Assembly: GCA_963781585.1 (NCBI GenBank) | Contig: CAWAGQ010000013.1 | Coordinates: 96,001 to 160,000, forward strand | Source of the DNA: an uncultured Gemmatimonadaceae bacterium | Lineage (GTDB): Bacteria; Gemmatimonadota; Gemmatimonadetes; Gemmatimonadales; Gemmatimonadaceae | Length of the DNA: 64,000 bases | Direction of reading: 5' to 3' | Shown: piece after piece, positions 37,426 to 47,930 of the stretch | How the letters are laid out: each line of letters begins with the position of its first letter | Position numbering within the stretch: the first letter of the stretch is position 1 | The notes under the pieces: generated by a model | What the model was told of the DNA's origin: nothing | The model's database searches: none | What the model saw: only the letters and a program-made list of their open reading frames with translations | Translations under genes and position numbers: made by a program

Positions 37426-38979
37426 CTAGTTCCCGCCCACTCGCAGCGTCACGACGCGCGTCGACTGCGCGCCCGCGCTGTAAACGAGGAAACTGACGAG
37501 CTGCCCATCCTTGAGATTCGACACCACCTGCTGCAGATCGGTCGTGGCGCGCAGCGTGGTGCGCGTGGGGTACAGCGTTGACACGAGGATGTCGTCCTGC
37601 AGGAGCTGCGTGTGCGCCGGTCTATCCTGGTTGATGTCGGTGACACGCAAACCCCGTCGGTCCTCGGGAATGTTGTTGTCGCGCGCTTCCGCAGGCGTAA
37701 TGGGCATGACCGAGAAGCCGAGCCTGTTGTAGACCGCCCCACGGTTCGGCCGCTCGCCGGTCGGCGCCTTCGACGCCATACCAACCGTCGAGTCGGGGAC
37801 CTCGCCCAGCCTGACCTGGAACGTCTTGTCCTGCCCGAAGCGCATGGCCTCGACGCTGACCACGTCGCCCGGCTCGTGCGAGCGGATGATGCGCTGCAGC
37901 GTGCTCACGCGATCGGCGGGCTTGCCATCGGCTTTGATGATCACGTCGCCGGGCTGCAGCCCCGCCTTGCTCGCGGGCGAATCGTCGCCGGAATAGTCGC
38001 CCACCTGAACCCCTGTGATCTCCTTGAGGCCGGCGGCGGCGGCATCCTCGGGCGTCGCATTTTGAATCCGGACACCGAGCATCGCGCGGCGCACGCGGCC
38101 GTGCGTGATGATGTCATCCATCACGTCCTTGGCGAGGGTAATCGGAATCGCGAAGCCGTAGCCGGAGAAGTATCCGGTCTGGCTGGCGATCATCGAGTTG
38201 ATGCCGATGACTTCGCCGCGCACATTCACCAGCGGCCCACCCGAGTTGCCCGGATTGATCGCGGCGTCGGTCTGGATGAAATCGGTGATGGCGTAGTTGG
38301 CATTGTTCGGTGTGGGGAGATCCGTTCGGTCACGCCCCTTCGCGCTCACGATGCCGGCTGTGACGGTGAAGTCGAGACCGAGGGGATTCCCGATTGCCAA
38401 CACCCACTCGCCGACCTGGGTCGCGTCGTCGTTGCCGAGAGCGGCAACTGGAAGGTTGTGCGCGTCGATCTTGACTACGGCAACATCGGTGGTTGGGTCG
38501 CGCCCGATGAGCTTGGCCTCGAAGGTCCGGCGATCATTCAGGGTCACGTGGAGCTTGTCGAACGAGTCGACCACGTGGTTGTTGGTCAGGATGTAGCCAT
38601 CCTTGCTGACGATGAAGCCGGACCCGCTTCCCGCCCGCGGCTCCTGAAACTGCGGTCCGAACTGTCCGAAGAAGTCGTCGAGACTGGGCGCCTGATCGTT
38701 GCGACGACTGCGCTGGGGCTGCGGCTGGGTGCGTTCGGCGGTTATGGAAACCACGGCCGGGGTCACTTCCTGGGCGATGGAGGTGAACGCGTTGTTCAGC
38801 GCCAATACCGCCGGCGCATTGGGCGGCGTGGCCGGGGCGTTGGACACCCGACTGACGGGGGTCGTCTGCGCGTAGCCGAACGGGGTATGCTCGAAGCCCG
38901 ATGCGATGATGAGGCCGCCGATGAACGCGCCGACCAGCGCGCCGGCGAACTTGGCACGAGAGAGATTGAACCACGACAT
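37426..38979 (-). CDS. Do/DegP-family serine endoprotease with PDZ domains
   Basis: GSGF, TNNHVV, DVAVVK, QTDAAINPGNSGGPL; two PDZ-like regions. Confidence 0.95.
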   Translation of the reverse strand: MSWFNLSRAKFAGALVGAFIGGLIIASGFEHTPFGYAQTTPVSRVSNAPATPPNAPAVLALNNAFTSIAQEVTPAVVSITAERTQPQPQRSRRNDQAPSLDDFFGQFGPQFQEPRAGSGSGFIVSKDGYILTNNHVVDSFDKLHVTLNDRRTFEAKLIGRDPTTDVAVVKIDAHNLPVAALGNDDATQVGEWVLAIGNPLGLDFTVTAGIVSAKGRDRTDLPTPNNANYAITDFIQTDAAINPGNSGGPLVNVRGEVIGINSMIASQTGYFSGYGFAIPITLAKDVMDDIITHGRVRRAMLGVRIQNATPEDAAAAGLKEITGVQVGDYSGDDSPASKAGLQPGDVIIKADGKPADRVSTLQRIIRSHEPGDVVSVEAMRFGQDKTFQVRLGEVPDSTVGMASKAPTGERPNRGAVYNRLGFSVMPITPAEARDNNIPEDRRGLRVTDINQDRPAHTQLLQDDILVSTLYPTRTTLRATTDLQQVVSNLKDGQLVSFLVYSAGAQSTRVVTLRVGGN

Positions 38980-39119
38980 ATGATTGACCCTGTAGAGAGT
39001 TACGTGTTTGAATCTACACGCGCCGCCGCCGTTTCGTTTCCACGGCCGAGGACGACGCTACAGAAGTAGTCACACCAGCGATCGGCACGGTTGCCTCGCG
39101 CGGCGCTCGCGGAGGCTGT

Positions 39120-39151
39120 GGGGGCCGGGGCGGTGTTTCACCCCGGCCCCC
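39120..39151 (-). terminator. hairpin downstream of dnaK
   Basis: GGGGGCCGGGG / CCCCGGCCCCC 11-bp stem. Confidence 0.55.
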
Positions 39152-39227
39152 CTCACCCTTCTATGTACTGCTGCGGCGCGTACTCCGCGCCACATCGGAC
39201 GGTACCCGATCGGTCCTTAATCGCGGA

Positions 39228-41177
39228 TTACTTCTTGGTACCGTCGTCGACGATCTCGTAGTCCGCCTCCACAACGTCCTCTGGCTTGGCGTCAGTGGGC
39301 GCGCCGGCAGCGGCCGGTTCTCCGCTGGGCGCCGGCTCGCCGGCAGGAGGCGCGCTCGCCTGCTGCTGCGAGTACAGCGAGCGTCCGGCTTCCTGGTACG
39401 CGGTATTGAGCTCCTCGAGCGCCGCGCGTACCTCGCTCATGTCGGCGCCTCGATGCGCCTTCCTGGCGCGCTCGACGGCTGCTTCGAGACGAGTCCTGGC
39501 GTCAGCGCCGAGCCGGTCGGCCCACTCCTTGGCGTTCTTCTCGACCTCGTAGGCGAGCGAGTCGAGCCGGTTGCGGGTGTCGATCTCCTCCCGGTGCTGC
39601 TTGTCGTCCGACGCATTCCGCTCGGCGTCCTTCACCATTCGCTCGATCTCGTCTTTCGAGAGTCCGCTGGACGCTTCGATGCGGATCTTCTGCTCCTTGT
39701 TGGTGGCCTTGTCCTTTGCCGAGACGTGGAGAATGCCGTTCGCGTCGATGTCGAACGTTACCTCGACCTGCGGCATGCCACGCGGAGCGGGGGGAATGCC
39801 GGTCAGGTGGAATTTGCCGATGGTACGATTGTCGCGCGCCAGCTCGCGTTCCCCCTGCAGGACATGGATTTCCACGGTCGTCTGGTTGTCGTCGGCCGTG
39901 GAGAAGACCTCGGTCTTGCGGGTGGGGATGGTGGTATTGCGCGGAATGAGCACCGTCATCACGCCACCCAGGGTCTCGATTCCTAACGAGAGCGGTGTGA
40001 CGTCGAGCAGTAGCACGTCCTTCTGCTCTCCGGTGAGCACGGCGCCCTGGATGGCAGCGCCAATTGCTACCACCTCGTCGGGGTTGACACTCTTGTTCGG
40101 CTCCTTGCCGAAGAAGTCCTTGACGATCTGCTGCACTTTCGGGATGCGAGTGGAGCCGCCCACCAGGATGACCTCGTCGACCGACTTGGGGTCCAGCCCC
40201 GCGTCCTTGAGCGCCTGCTGCATGGGAGGAATGGTGCGCTTGATCAGGTCGTCAACCAGCTGCTCGAACCTGGCCCGCGTCAGCGAGTAGTTGAGGTGTT
40301 TCGGCCCGGACTGGTCGGCCGTGATGAAGGGCAGATTGATATCGGTCGTCATCGTGGACGACAACTCCATCTTCGCCTTCTCGGCCGCTTCCTTGAGCCG
40401 CTGGAGCGCCATCGGATCCTTCGACAGGTCGATCCCCTGATCCCGCTTGAACTCGGCTACCAGCCACTCGATCACCCGCTGGTCGAAGTCGTCGCCTCCG
40501 AGGTGCGTGTCGCCATTGGTTGCCTTGACCTCGAACTGGCGCGTGCCTTCGACGTCGTAAAGTTCCAGAACCGAGATGTCATACGTGCCGCCCCCCAGGT
40601 CGAAGACGGCCACCTTTTCGTCCTTGCCCTTCTTGTCGAGCCCGTACGCCAACGCCGCGGCGGTCGGCTCGTTGATGATCCGCAGCACCTCCAGCCCGGC
40701 AATCTTGCCGGCGTCCTTGGTGGCCTGTCGCTGGGAATCGTTGAAATACGCCGGCACGGTCACCACGGCCTTCGACACGCCAAAGCCGAGGTAGTCTTCC
40801 GCCGTCTGCTTCATCTTCTGAAGGATCATCGCCGAGATTTCGGGCGGCGTGTATCGCTTTCCCTGTACTTCGACCGCCGCCATGTCGTTCGGTCCGGCGA
40901 CAACCGAGTAGGGCACGCGCTTCATCTCCTCGGCAACTTCGGCAGTGCGCCGGCCCATGAAGCGCTTGATGGAGAAGACCGTGTTCCTGGGGTTCGTCAC
41001 CGCCTGCCGCTTGGCGATCTGGCCGACGAGGCGCTCACCGTCCTTGGTAAAGCCGACAACTGACGGGGTGGTTCTTCCCCCCTCGGAATTGGGAATGACG
41101 ACGGGATCGCCGCCTTCCAGGACCGCGACCACCGAGTTGGTGGTGCCCAGATCGATGCCGATTACCTTGTCCGCCAT
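39228..41177 (-). CDS. dnaK: chaperone DnaK
   Basis: [30 protein letters not shown]. Confidence 0.98.
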   Translation of the reverse strand: MADKVIGIDLGTTNSVVAVLEGGDPVVIPNSEGGRTTPSVVGFTKDGERLVGQIAKRQAVTNPRNTVFSIKRFMGRRTAEVAEEMKRVPYSVVAGPNDMAAVEVQGKRYTPPEISAMILQKMKQTAEDYLGFGVSKAVVTVPAYFNDSQRQATKDAGKIAGLEVLRIINEPTAAALAYGLDKKGKDEKVAVFDLGGGTYDISVLELYDVEGTRQFEVKATNGDTHLGGDDFDQRVIEWLVAEFKRDQGIDLSKDPMALQRLKEAAEKAKMELSSTMTTDINLPFITADQSGPKHLNYSLTRARFEQLVDDLIKRTIPPMQQALKDAGLDPKSVDEVILVGGSTRIPKVQQIVKDFFGKEPNKSVNPDEVVAIGAAIQGAVLTGEQKDVLLLDVTPLSLGIETLGGVMTVLIPRNTTIPTRKTEVFSTADDNQTTVEIHVLQGERELARDNRTIGKFHLTGIPPAPRGMPQVEVTFDIDANGILHVSAKDKATNKEQKIRIEASSGLSKDEIERMVKDAERNASDDKQHREEIDTRNRLDSLAYEVEKNAKEWADRLGADARTRLEAAVERARKAHRGADMSEVRAALEELNTAYQEAGRSLYSQQQASAPPAGEPAPSGEPAAAGAPTDAKPEDVVEADYEIVDDGTKK

Positions 41178-41425
41178 CTCCACCTCAGGGTTGAGGAACC
41201 GCGGCACCCGCGAGCGCCGCACGTCCGTTCGGGTGTTATGCTACCCGCATGCGGCGCCTGACACGGGACATCGCGCGCGCGCATGTGGCGCACTCGGAGT
41301 GAGCAATCCGAGGGCCGCAGATCTCCGTCATTTTGGCGGAGTTCCTCGCGGAAGAGTTCGAACCTGCCTCGCCGAAATGGCCGACCTGCGAACGCAATGC
41401 ACGAGAAGCGACCAAGGGTGGCACG

Positions 41426-42199
41426 ATGATCCCGATCAGCGACGATAACCCGACCCTCCGAACGCCGGTGATGACGTATGCACTCCTCGGCGGGATGGTG
41501 GCGGTGTGGTTGTTCGTGCAAGGCGGGGGATTCGACGCTCAGCGGCTGGCGGCAAGTGTCTGCAACCTGGGAATGGTCCCCGGGGAGCTCACGCATCGCG
41601 CCGCCCTTGGCACCGGCGTGCCGATCGGACCGCAGATGGCATGTGTGGTGGACAACGATCCCATCAACATCTTCACGCCGTTGACATCGATGTTCCTGCA
41701 CGGGGGATGGGCCCACATCATCGGCAACGGGCTCTTCTTCTGGGTGTTCGGCAACAACGTCGAAGACAGCATGGGACGGGGACGGTTTCTGGTCTTCTAT
41801 CTGCTGTGCGGATTGATTGCCGCCGCGACGCACGTGCTGATGCAACCGGCATCGCCGGTGCCCACGGTCGGCGCGTCGGGAGCCATATCCGGGGTGCTGG
41901 GGGCGTATCTGGTGCTGTATCCCCGGGTGCGCGTCAACATGCTGTTCTACTTCATCTTCTTCATTCGCATCATTCCGGTGCCGGCGTGGGCGGTGCTGCT
42001 CTGGTGGTTCTTTGTGCAGCTGGTGACCGCGCTTCCGTCGCTGAATTCGATGCGGCCCGATGTGTCCGGCGGCGTTGCAGTGTGGGCGCACGTGGGTGGA
42101 TTCGTGGCCGGCCTGCTCCTGGTGCGCCTGTTCGTGAACCGGAGTCTCTACCAGCGACGCGACCGCGGCCGGGTCCCGGGAGCCGCGTTGTGGGGATGA
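41426..42199 (+). CDS. rhomboid intramembrane serine protease
   Basis: SMFLHGGWAH, GASGAISG, AHVGGF. Confidence 0.93.
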   Translation: MIPISDDNPTLRTPVMTYALLGGMVAVWLFVQGGGFDAQRLAASVCNLGMVPGELTHRAALGTGVPIGPQMACVVDNDPINIFTPLTSMFLHGGWAHIIGNGLFFWVFGNNVEDSMGRGRFLVFYLLCGLIAAATHVLMQPASPVPTVGASGAISGVLGAYLVLYPRVRVNMLFYFIFFIRIIPVPAWAVLLWWFFVQLVTALPSLNSMRPDVSGGVAVWAHVGGFVAGLLLVRLFVNRSLYQRRDRGRVPGAALWG

Positions 42200-42254
42200 C
42201 CTTGGCCGCAGCGCACCCTCGCCGGTCGGGTCCGGGGCCTCTAACTTCCGCGCC

Positions 42255-42545
42255 ATGCTCCTTGCGCGCGTACTCGGGCGGGTCGTTGCCACCGTCAAGC
42301 AGGACACGCTGCAATCGGTGTCATTGCAGTGGATTCAGCCGTTGTCGGCGGGCGGTGAGCTGGCGGGGAAGCCGCTGGTTGCCACCGATCCCCTCGGTGC
42401 GGGTCCCGGCGAGGTCGTGGTTTACATCACAGCGCGAGAGGCCGCGCTCTCGCTCCGGAACAGTTTCGCCGCGGTGGACGCGAGCATCGTTGCGAAAGTG
42501 GACTGGTGCGACACGGAAGGCGGCCGAACGCTCGAGGCTCACTGA
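42255..42545 (+). CDS. EutN/CcmL microcompartment vertex protein
   Basis: MLLARVLGRVVATVK...D.LGAGPGE.V...DASIVAKVD. Confidence 0.9.
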   Translation: MLLARVLGRVVATVKQDTLQSVSLQWIQPLSAGGELAGKPLVATDPLGAGPGEVVVYITAREAALSLRNSFAAVDASIVAKVDWCDTEGGRTLEAH

Positions 42546-42546
42546 G

Positions 42547-42837
42547 GTGTACCTGGCGCGGGTAGTGGGAGACGTGGTGGCGACGCACCGGCTGGAGGCG
42601 TTGGGAGGATACAAGCTGCTCCTCGTCAGGCGGCTGACGCTCGGTGATGTCGAGCAGGGCCCGGAGGTTGTGGCGCTGGATGTCATCGGCGTCGGTGCGG
42701 GCGAGAAGGTCCTTGTGGTGCAGGAAGGAAACGCGGCGCGATCGCTGTTTCGCAGCGGTCGGATCCCGGCACAGGCCGTTGTCGTGGGGGTTGTGGACCG
42801 AGTCGATCTGGAGCGCGCACTCGAGGCGGGCGCGTGA
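42547..42837 (+). CDS. EutN/CcmL microcompartment vertex protein
   Basis: GTG start; YLARVVGDVVAT...DVIGVGAGEKVLV..EG..AR...VVGVVD. Confidence 0.9.
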   Translation: MYLARVVGDVVATHRLEALGGYKLLLVRRLTLGDVEQGPEVVALDVIGVGAGEKVLVVQEGNAARSLFRSGRIPAQAVVVGVVDRVDLERALEAGA

Positions 42838-43811
42838 GCGAGGAACTGGGGAGGCTGGCGGAGCGGATTGCGCGCGCGTTGGCGGCCGGGGACCTGCGGC
42901 GCACGGTGGAGAAGGGAGGCGCGCACCCGGCGGGGCCCCCCCCCCGAAAACAATCTGACGAAGCCGGCGCTGACGGGCACCACCGCACCATTGCCACCGG
43001 TGGCGAATCGCTGCGCTCCGCCACCGGGGCCGGACACGACGCGTTCACGTCCACGGGCGTCCACCGCATCGCCGACTACATCGACCACACGCTGCTCAAG
43101 GCGGAGGCCACTCGCGCCGAGATCGATACGCTCTGCGATGAGGCGCGCGAGAACGACTTCGCAACCGTCTGCATCAATCCCGTCTGGGTGGCGCACTGTG
43201 CCGCGCGACTGCGTGGCAGTGGTGTTGGTGTGGCCACGGTGATCGGCTTCCCTCTGGGCGCGGTGGATTCGGAAACGAAAGCGTTCGAGGCGGAGCTCGC
43301 GGTGCGGCACGGCGCGACCGAACTTGATATGGTCGCCGCCATCGGTCACATCAAGAGCGGCGACTGGCACCATGTTTTTGACGACATCGTCGCAGTAGTC
43401 CGGGCAGCGCCCTTTACACCGGTGAAGGTCATCATCGAATCGGCGGCGCTCACGCCAATGGAGATTATTCGCGCAACGGCCCTGGCCAGGGAGGCGGGCG
43501 CCCGCTTCGTGAAGACGAGCACCGGCTTCCATAGCGCGGGAGGCGCCACCGCCGAGGCGGTAGCGCTCATGCGCCTGGTAGTGGGTGACACGCTGGGTGT
43601 GAAGGCCTCGGGTGGGGTGCGCGACTGTCCTACGGCGCTTCGCATGATCGCGAGTGGCGCGACGCGCATCGGGACATCGAGTGGCGTCGCGATGGCCAAG
43701 TGTCTTGGCCCTGGCCCGATGCCCCTTCGCGACCTCCTGTCGATCGCGGCGGACCACGCGACGCACTGCACCACGGGTGCGGGTGCGCCGCAGCGGTCCG
43801 ACGCCTACTGA
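42834..43811 (+). CDS. deoC: deoxyribose-phosphate aldolase with N-terminal extension
   Basis: IDHTLLK, VIGFPLG, ELDMV, KVIIE, FVKTSTGF, VKASGG, RIGTSSG. Confidence 0.93.
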   Translation: MSEELGRLAERIARALAAGDLRRTVEKGGAHPAGPPPRKQSDEAGADGHHRTIATGGESLRSATGAGHDAFTSTGVHRIADYIDHTLLKAEATRAEIDTLCDEARENDFATVCINPVWVAHCAARLRGSGVGVATVIGFPLGAVDSETKAFEAELAVRHGATELDMVAAIGHIKSGDWHHVFDDIVAVVRAAPFTPVKVIIESAALTPMEIIRATALAREAGARFVKTSTGFHSAGGATAEAVALMRLVVGDTLGVKASGGVRDCPTALRMIASGATRIGTSSGVAMAKCLGPGPMPLRDLLSIAADHATHCTTGAGAPQRSDAY

Positions 43812-43820
43812 GTCCCCACC

Positions 43821-44432
43821 GTGCCTCTGATTCCACGCGACCGACAGTTCTTCGACCTCTTCAACGCGCTCTCGGCCAAGATGAAGACGGCCGCGGAGTT
43901 GCTCGAGCAGATGTTCGCCGAGCCGGCGCGTCTCGATCACTTCGTGGCCGCGATCAAGGTGGTGGAGCACGAGGCGGACTCCATCACGCATGAAGTCAGC
44001 ATCCGTATCGACAAGAGCTTCATCACGCCGCTCGATCGCGAGGATATCCACAACCTCGCGCAGGAACTCGACAACGTGTGTGATCTGATCGACGGCACCG
44101 CCCGGCGGGCCGCGATGTTCAAGCTCCGTGAGTCACGCCCGTACGCCGGCGAGCTGGCGCACCTGCTGCGCGAGTCAGTGCAGGCGCTGGACCGCGCGGT
44201 GACCGAAATCAGGAATCGCCGCGAAGTCGCCAGGCTGACCCACGAGGTCAAGCTGCTCGAAGAGCAGGGTGACGCCGCATATCAGCGCGCGGTGGAAGAC
44301 CTGTTCACGGGACATCCCGATCCGATCGAAGTCATCAAGTGGAAAGAGATCTACGATACGCTCGAGCGAGCGATCGACCGGTGTCAGACGGCGGCCATGG
44401 TGCTCGAGAGTATTTCGATCAAGAACTCGTGA
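43821..44432 (+). CDS. DUF47 phosphate transport regulator
   Basis: EHEADSI, FITPLDREDI, IKWKEIY; directly upstream of PiT. Confidence 0.9.
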   Translation: MPLIPRDRQFFDLFNALSAKMKTAAELLEQMFAEPARLDHFVAAIKVVEHEADSITHEVSIRIDKSFITPLDREDIHNLAQELDNVCDLIDGTARRAAMFKLRESRPYAGELAHLLRESVQALDRAVTEIRNRREVARLTHEVKLLEEQGDAAYQRAVEDLFTGHPDPIEVIKWKEIYDTLERAIDRCQTAAMVLESISIKNS

Positions 44433-44435
44433 ATC

Positions 44436-45470
44436 GTGGCCGCCTACATCGTCGTCATCGTCGCGATCGCGTTCTGCTTCGACTTCATCAACGGTTTCCA
44501 CGATTCCGCGAATTCGATCGCGACGGTGGTGGGAACGCGCGTCCTGTCTCCGCTGGCGGCAGTCGCGTGGGCGGCATTCTTCAATTTCGTCGCGGCCTTC
44601 ACCGTCGGTACGGCGGTTGCCCGAACGGTGGGCTCCGGGATGATCGACGTCTCGCTGGTGACGCCCAACGTTATTCTGGGTGGATTGCTGGGCGCGATAA
44701 TCTGGAACCTGATCACCTGGTGGTTCGGTCTGCCCAGCAGCTCCTCGCACGCGCTGGTGGGCGGCTACGCGGGCGCCGCGGTCGCCAAGGCGGGATGGGG
44801 AGCGATCATCCCGGCCGGCTGGACGAAGACATTGTTGTTCATCGTGCTGTCGCCCCTGATTGGCCTGGTCGCCGGCTTCTGGATCATGGTCCTGTACTAC
44901 CGCATCCTTCAGCACGTCCCGCCGGGTCGGGTGGATGCGATCTTCCGGCGCGTGCAACTGCTCAGCGCGGCGCTCTTTTCGTACTCGCACGGGGCGAATG
45001 ACGCGCAGAAGACCATGGGGATCATCGTCGGCCTGCTGTTTTCTGCCCAGCAGGTCTTCGCGACGCAAACCGGATGGCTCAGACACCTGCATGTCGCGGA
45101 CGTCAACCGGATCCCTCTCTGGGTCGAGATGGGCGCGTATACGGCCATCGCACTTGGCACGCTGTTCGGCGGCTGGCGCATCGTCCGCACCATGGGCTCA
45201 CGTATTACCAAGCTGCGTCCGGTCGGCGGCTCAGCCGCCGAGACGGGTGGTGCGGTGGCGATCCTGATCGCCACCAGGTTCGGGATTCCGGTGAGCACCA
45301 CCCACGCGATTACCGGGTCGATCGTGGGAGTGGGGGCGACGACTCGACTCTCCGCGGTCCGGTGGGGCATCGCAGGCCGGATCGTGTGGGCATGGGTTTT
45401 CACCATCCCTGCCGCAGCCTTGATTGCCGCTATCTGCCTTCAGGGACTGGAGTTGGTCACGCGTCACTAG
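44436..45470 (+). CDS. inorganic phosphate transporter (PiT family)
   Basis: GFHDSANSIAT, PSSSSH, HGANDAQK, PVSTTH. Confidence 0.95.
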   Translation: MAAYIVVIVAIAFCFDFINGFHDSANSIATVVGTRVLSPLAAVAWAAFFNFVAAFTVGTAVARTVGSGMIDVSLVTPNVILGGLLGAIIWNLITWWFGLPSSSSHALVGGYAGAAVAKAGWGAIIPAGWTKTLLFIVLSPLIGLVAGFWIMVLYYRILQHVPPGRVDAIFRRVQLLSAALFSYSHGANDAQKTMGIIVGLLFSAQQVFATQTGWLRHLHVADVNRIPLWVEMGAYTAIALGTLFGGWRIVRTMGSRITKLRPVGGSAAETGGAVAILIATRFGIPVSTTHAITGSIVGVGATTRLSAVRWGIAGRIVWAWVFTIPAAALIAAICLQGLELVTRH

Positions 45471-45687
45471 CGGCCAAGGCAGATGGCCCTTCCGGTTCCG
45501 CAGGCCGAACGTCATTGGTCCGCAAGTCATCGGGTCCCTTGCTGCGCAAGACGATGCGGCGCAACGATTTCGCCATCGTTACATCCGTCCGGCTGTGGCA
45601 GTCTGACGCGCGGCTGCCGGAAGGGCGATATTTGAGGCTGTTCTGACGACGGCTCCTGAGCCGTCTCGTGCTCTCAACCTGCGGGTC

Positions 45688-47904
45688 ATGACCGACACAG
45701 CCACAATCCCGTCGCTCTTCTCCAATCGGGAGCTGAGCTGGCTGGAGTTCAACGCGCGGGTTCTTCACGAGGCCCTGGACGAACGCACCCCTCTCCTTGA
45801 ACGGCTGAAGTTCCTTTCGATCTTCAGCACGAATCTGGATGAGTTCTTCATGGTGCGCGTGGCGGCGCTCCGACGACAGGTCGCTGCGGGAGTGCAACTG
45901 ACACTCGCCGACGGAATGAGTGCCCAGGCTCAGCTCGACGAGATCGATCGGCGCGTCCGCGAGCTGATGCAACAGCAGCGCGAGTGCCTCCACGAGGCTG
46001 TCCTCCCGGCGCTCGAGAAGGTGGGGGTGCGGCTGCTCACGATGAACGACCTCAGCGCCGAGGAACGAGCGTCGGTCGACCAGTTCTTCGAGTCGCAGGT
46101 GTTCCCCGTCCTCACGCCGCTGGCGGTCGACCCGGGTCACCCGTTCCCGTACATCTCCAATCTTTCGCTCTCGCTGGCGGTTCAGGTGCGCGATGACGCG
46201 CGCAACGGAGGACACTTCGCGCGGGTGAAAGTGCCGAAGAGCCTGCCACGCTGGGTACCGGTTGGTGGAAGCCGCGCGCACCACTTCGTGCCGCTGGAGG
46301 ACGTGATCGGGGCGCACCTCGAGAAGCTGTTCCCGGGAATGGAGGTTCTGGGATGGCACACGTTCCGGATCACCCGCTATTCCGATCTCGACGTTCCCGC
46401 CTCAGACGAGCCCGATGATCTGCTTGCGCTCATCGAAGCCCAGATCTTCGAGCGCCGCTTCGGAGAGGTGCTGCGGCTGGAGGTGGAGACCGGGATGCCG
46501 CAGCACATTCAGGAGCTTCTCCTGAACGAACTGCGCGAAGGGACCGAGCCGGACGTGCTCGCGCTCACCGAGCGCGACGTCTTCGACGCCGGTCCGTTGC
46601 TCGAGCTGGGCGACCTGATGGGTCTTTCCTCGCTTGAGATTCCGGAATTGCGGGATCCGCCGTTCTCGCCGGTGACGCCGCCGGAACTGCGGGATCCCGA
46701 TCGCTCGATCTTCGATGTCGTGCGCCAGCACGATCTCCTGGTGCATCACCCGTTCGAGTCCTTCGGCGCCACGGTAGAGCGTTTTCTGGACGCTGCCGCC
46801 GAGGACGACAGCGTGCTCGCTATCAAGCTGACGCTGTACCGTACGTCGGGCGACACGGCGATCGTCCGGGCGCTGGCCGAAGCGGCGCAGCGCGGCAAGC
46901 AGGTGGCGGTGCTGGTCGAGCTACAGGCCCGATTCGACGAGATCAACAACATCAACTGGGCACGGACGCTGGAGAGCTACGGCGTCCACGTCGCGTACGG
47001 GCTGCCGGGACTGAAGACGCACGCCAAGATCGCCCTCGTCGTGCGACGCGAGGCGGATGGCATCCGCCGTTATGTGCATATCGGGTCGGGGAACTACAAC
47101 TCCCGCACGGCGCGGCTGTACACGGATTTCGGTCTGCTGACCTGCAATCCGGAGATCGGCGCGGACGTGAGCGAGCTATTCAACCTGCTTACCGGCTTTT
47201 CGCGCCAGCGGGAGTACCGCAAGCTGCTGGTGGCGCCGGCGAACCTGAAGGACCGGTGCATCGAACTGATCCGGCGGGAAGCCGAGCACGCGAGGCAGAG
47301 CAGGCCGGCGCGGATCATCGCGAAGATGAACGCTCTGGTGGCTCCGGAGATCATTACCGAGCTGTACGAGGCGTCACAGGCCGGGGTCGACGTCAGTCTC
47401 ATCGTTCGGGGAATCTGCTGTCTGCGTCCGGGCGTCGCCGGCCTGAGCGAGCGAATCAATGTGATCAGCGTGATCGGGCGGTTTCTCGAGCACTCGCGCC
47501 TGTTCTATTTCGCCAACGGCGGAGCCGAGGAATTCTACATGGGCTCCGCCGACTGGATGCCGCGCAATCTCGACCGGCGGGTCGAGGTCGTGGTGCCGAT
47601 CGAGGATCGGTCCTTCTACCGGCGCCTGACGACGCTGCTCGAGACGTACCTGTCCGACTACCGGCAGGCCTGGGAGCTGCGGGGAGACGGGACGTACGTG
47701 CAGCGCGCGCCTGTCAGCGACGACGACATGGGTTCGCAACGCCGGTTGATGCGCGATCCGTGGGGCCTGGACCGGACCGAATCGCGCTACCAGACGCAGG
47801 AATTCCGTACGGCAGCTCTCACGCCACCTCCGGAGCCGCACGACCACAATGTGGTGCTGGTAAACGGCCGGAGAAAACGGGCCGGGAAGAGGCGCGGAGA
47901 GTAG
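45688..47904 (+). CDS. ppk1: polyphosphate kinase 1
   Basis: NRELSWLEFN, NLDEFFMVRV, KTHAK, GRFLEHSR, SADWMPRNL. Confidence 0.97.
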   Translation: MTDTATIPSLFSNRELSWLEFNARVLHEALDERTPLLERLKFLSIFSTNLDEFFMVRVAALRRQVAAGVQLTLADGMSAQAQLDEIDRRVRELMQQQRECLHEAVLPALEKVGVRLLTMNDLSAEERASVDQFFESQVFPVLTPLAVDPGHPFPYISNLSLSLAVQVRDDARNGGHFARVKVPKSLPRWVPVGGSRAHHFVPLEDVIGAHLEKLFPGMEVLGWHTFRITRYSDLDVPASDEPDDLLALIEAQIFERRFGEVLRLEVETGMPQHIQELLLNELREGTEPDVLALTERDVFDAGPLLELGDLMGLSSLEIPELRDPPFSPVTPPELRDPDRSIFDVVRQHDLLVHHPFESFGATVERFLDAAAEDDSVLAIKLTLYRTSGDTAIVRALAEAAQRGKQVAVLVELQARFDEINNINWARTLESYGVHVAYGLPGLKTHAKIALVVRREADGIRRYVHIGSGNYNSRTARLYTDFGLLTCNPEIGADVSELFNLLTGFSRQREYRKLLVAPANLKDRCIELIRREAEHARQSRPARIIAKMNALVAPEIITELYEASQAGVDVSLIVRGICCLRPGVAGLSERINVISVIGRFLEHSRLFYFANGGAEEFYMGSADWMPRNLDRRVEVVVPIEDRSFYRRLTTLLETYLSDYRQAWELRGDGTYVQRAPVSDDDMGSQRRLMRDPWGLDRTESRYQTQEFRTAALTPPPEPHDHNVVLVNGRRKRAGKRRGE

Positions 47905-47930
47905 ACCAGGTCAGCGCGCCGGGTGGCGCA

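Noticed and set aside
41286..41306. Palindrome upstream of dnaK resembling CIRCE
   Set aside because: The spacer is 1 nt rather than 9 and the arms deviate from TTAGCACTC.
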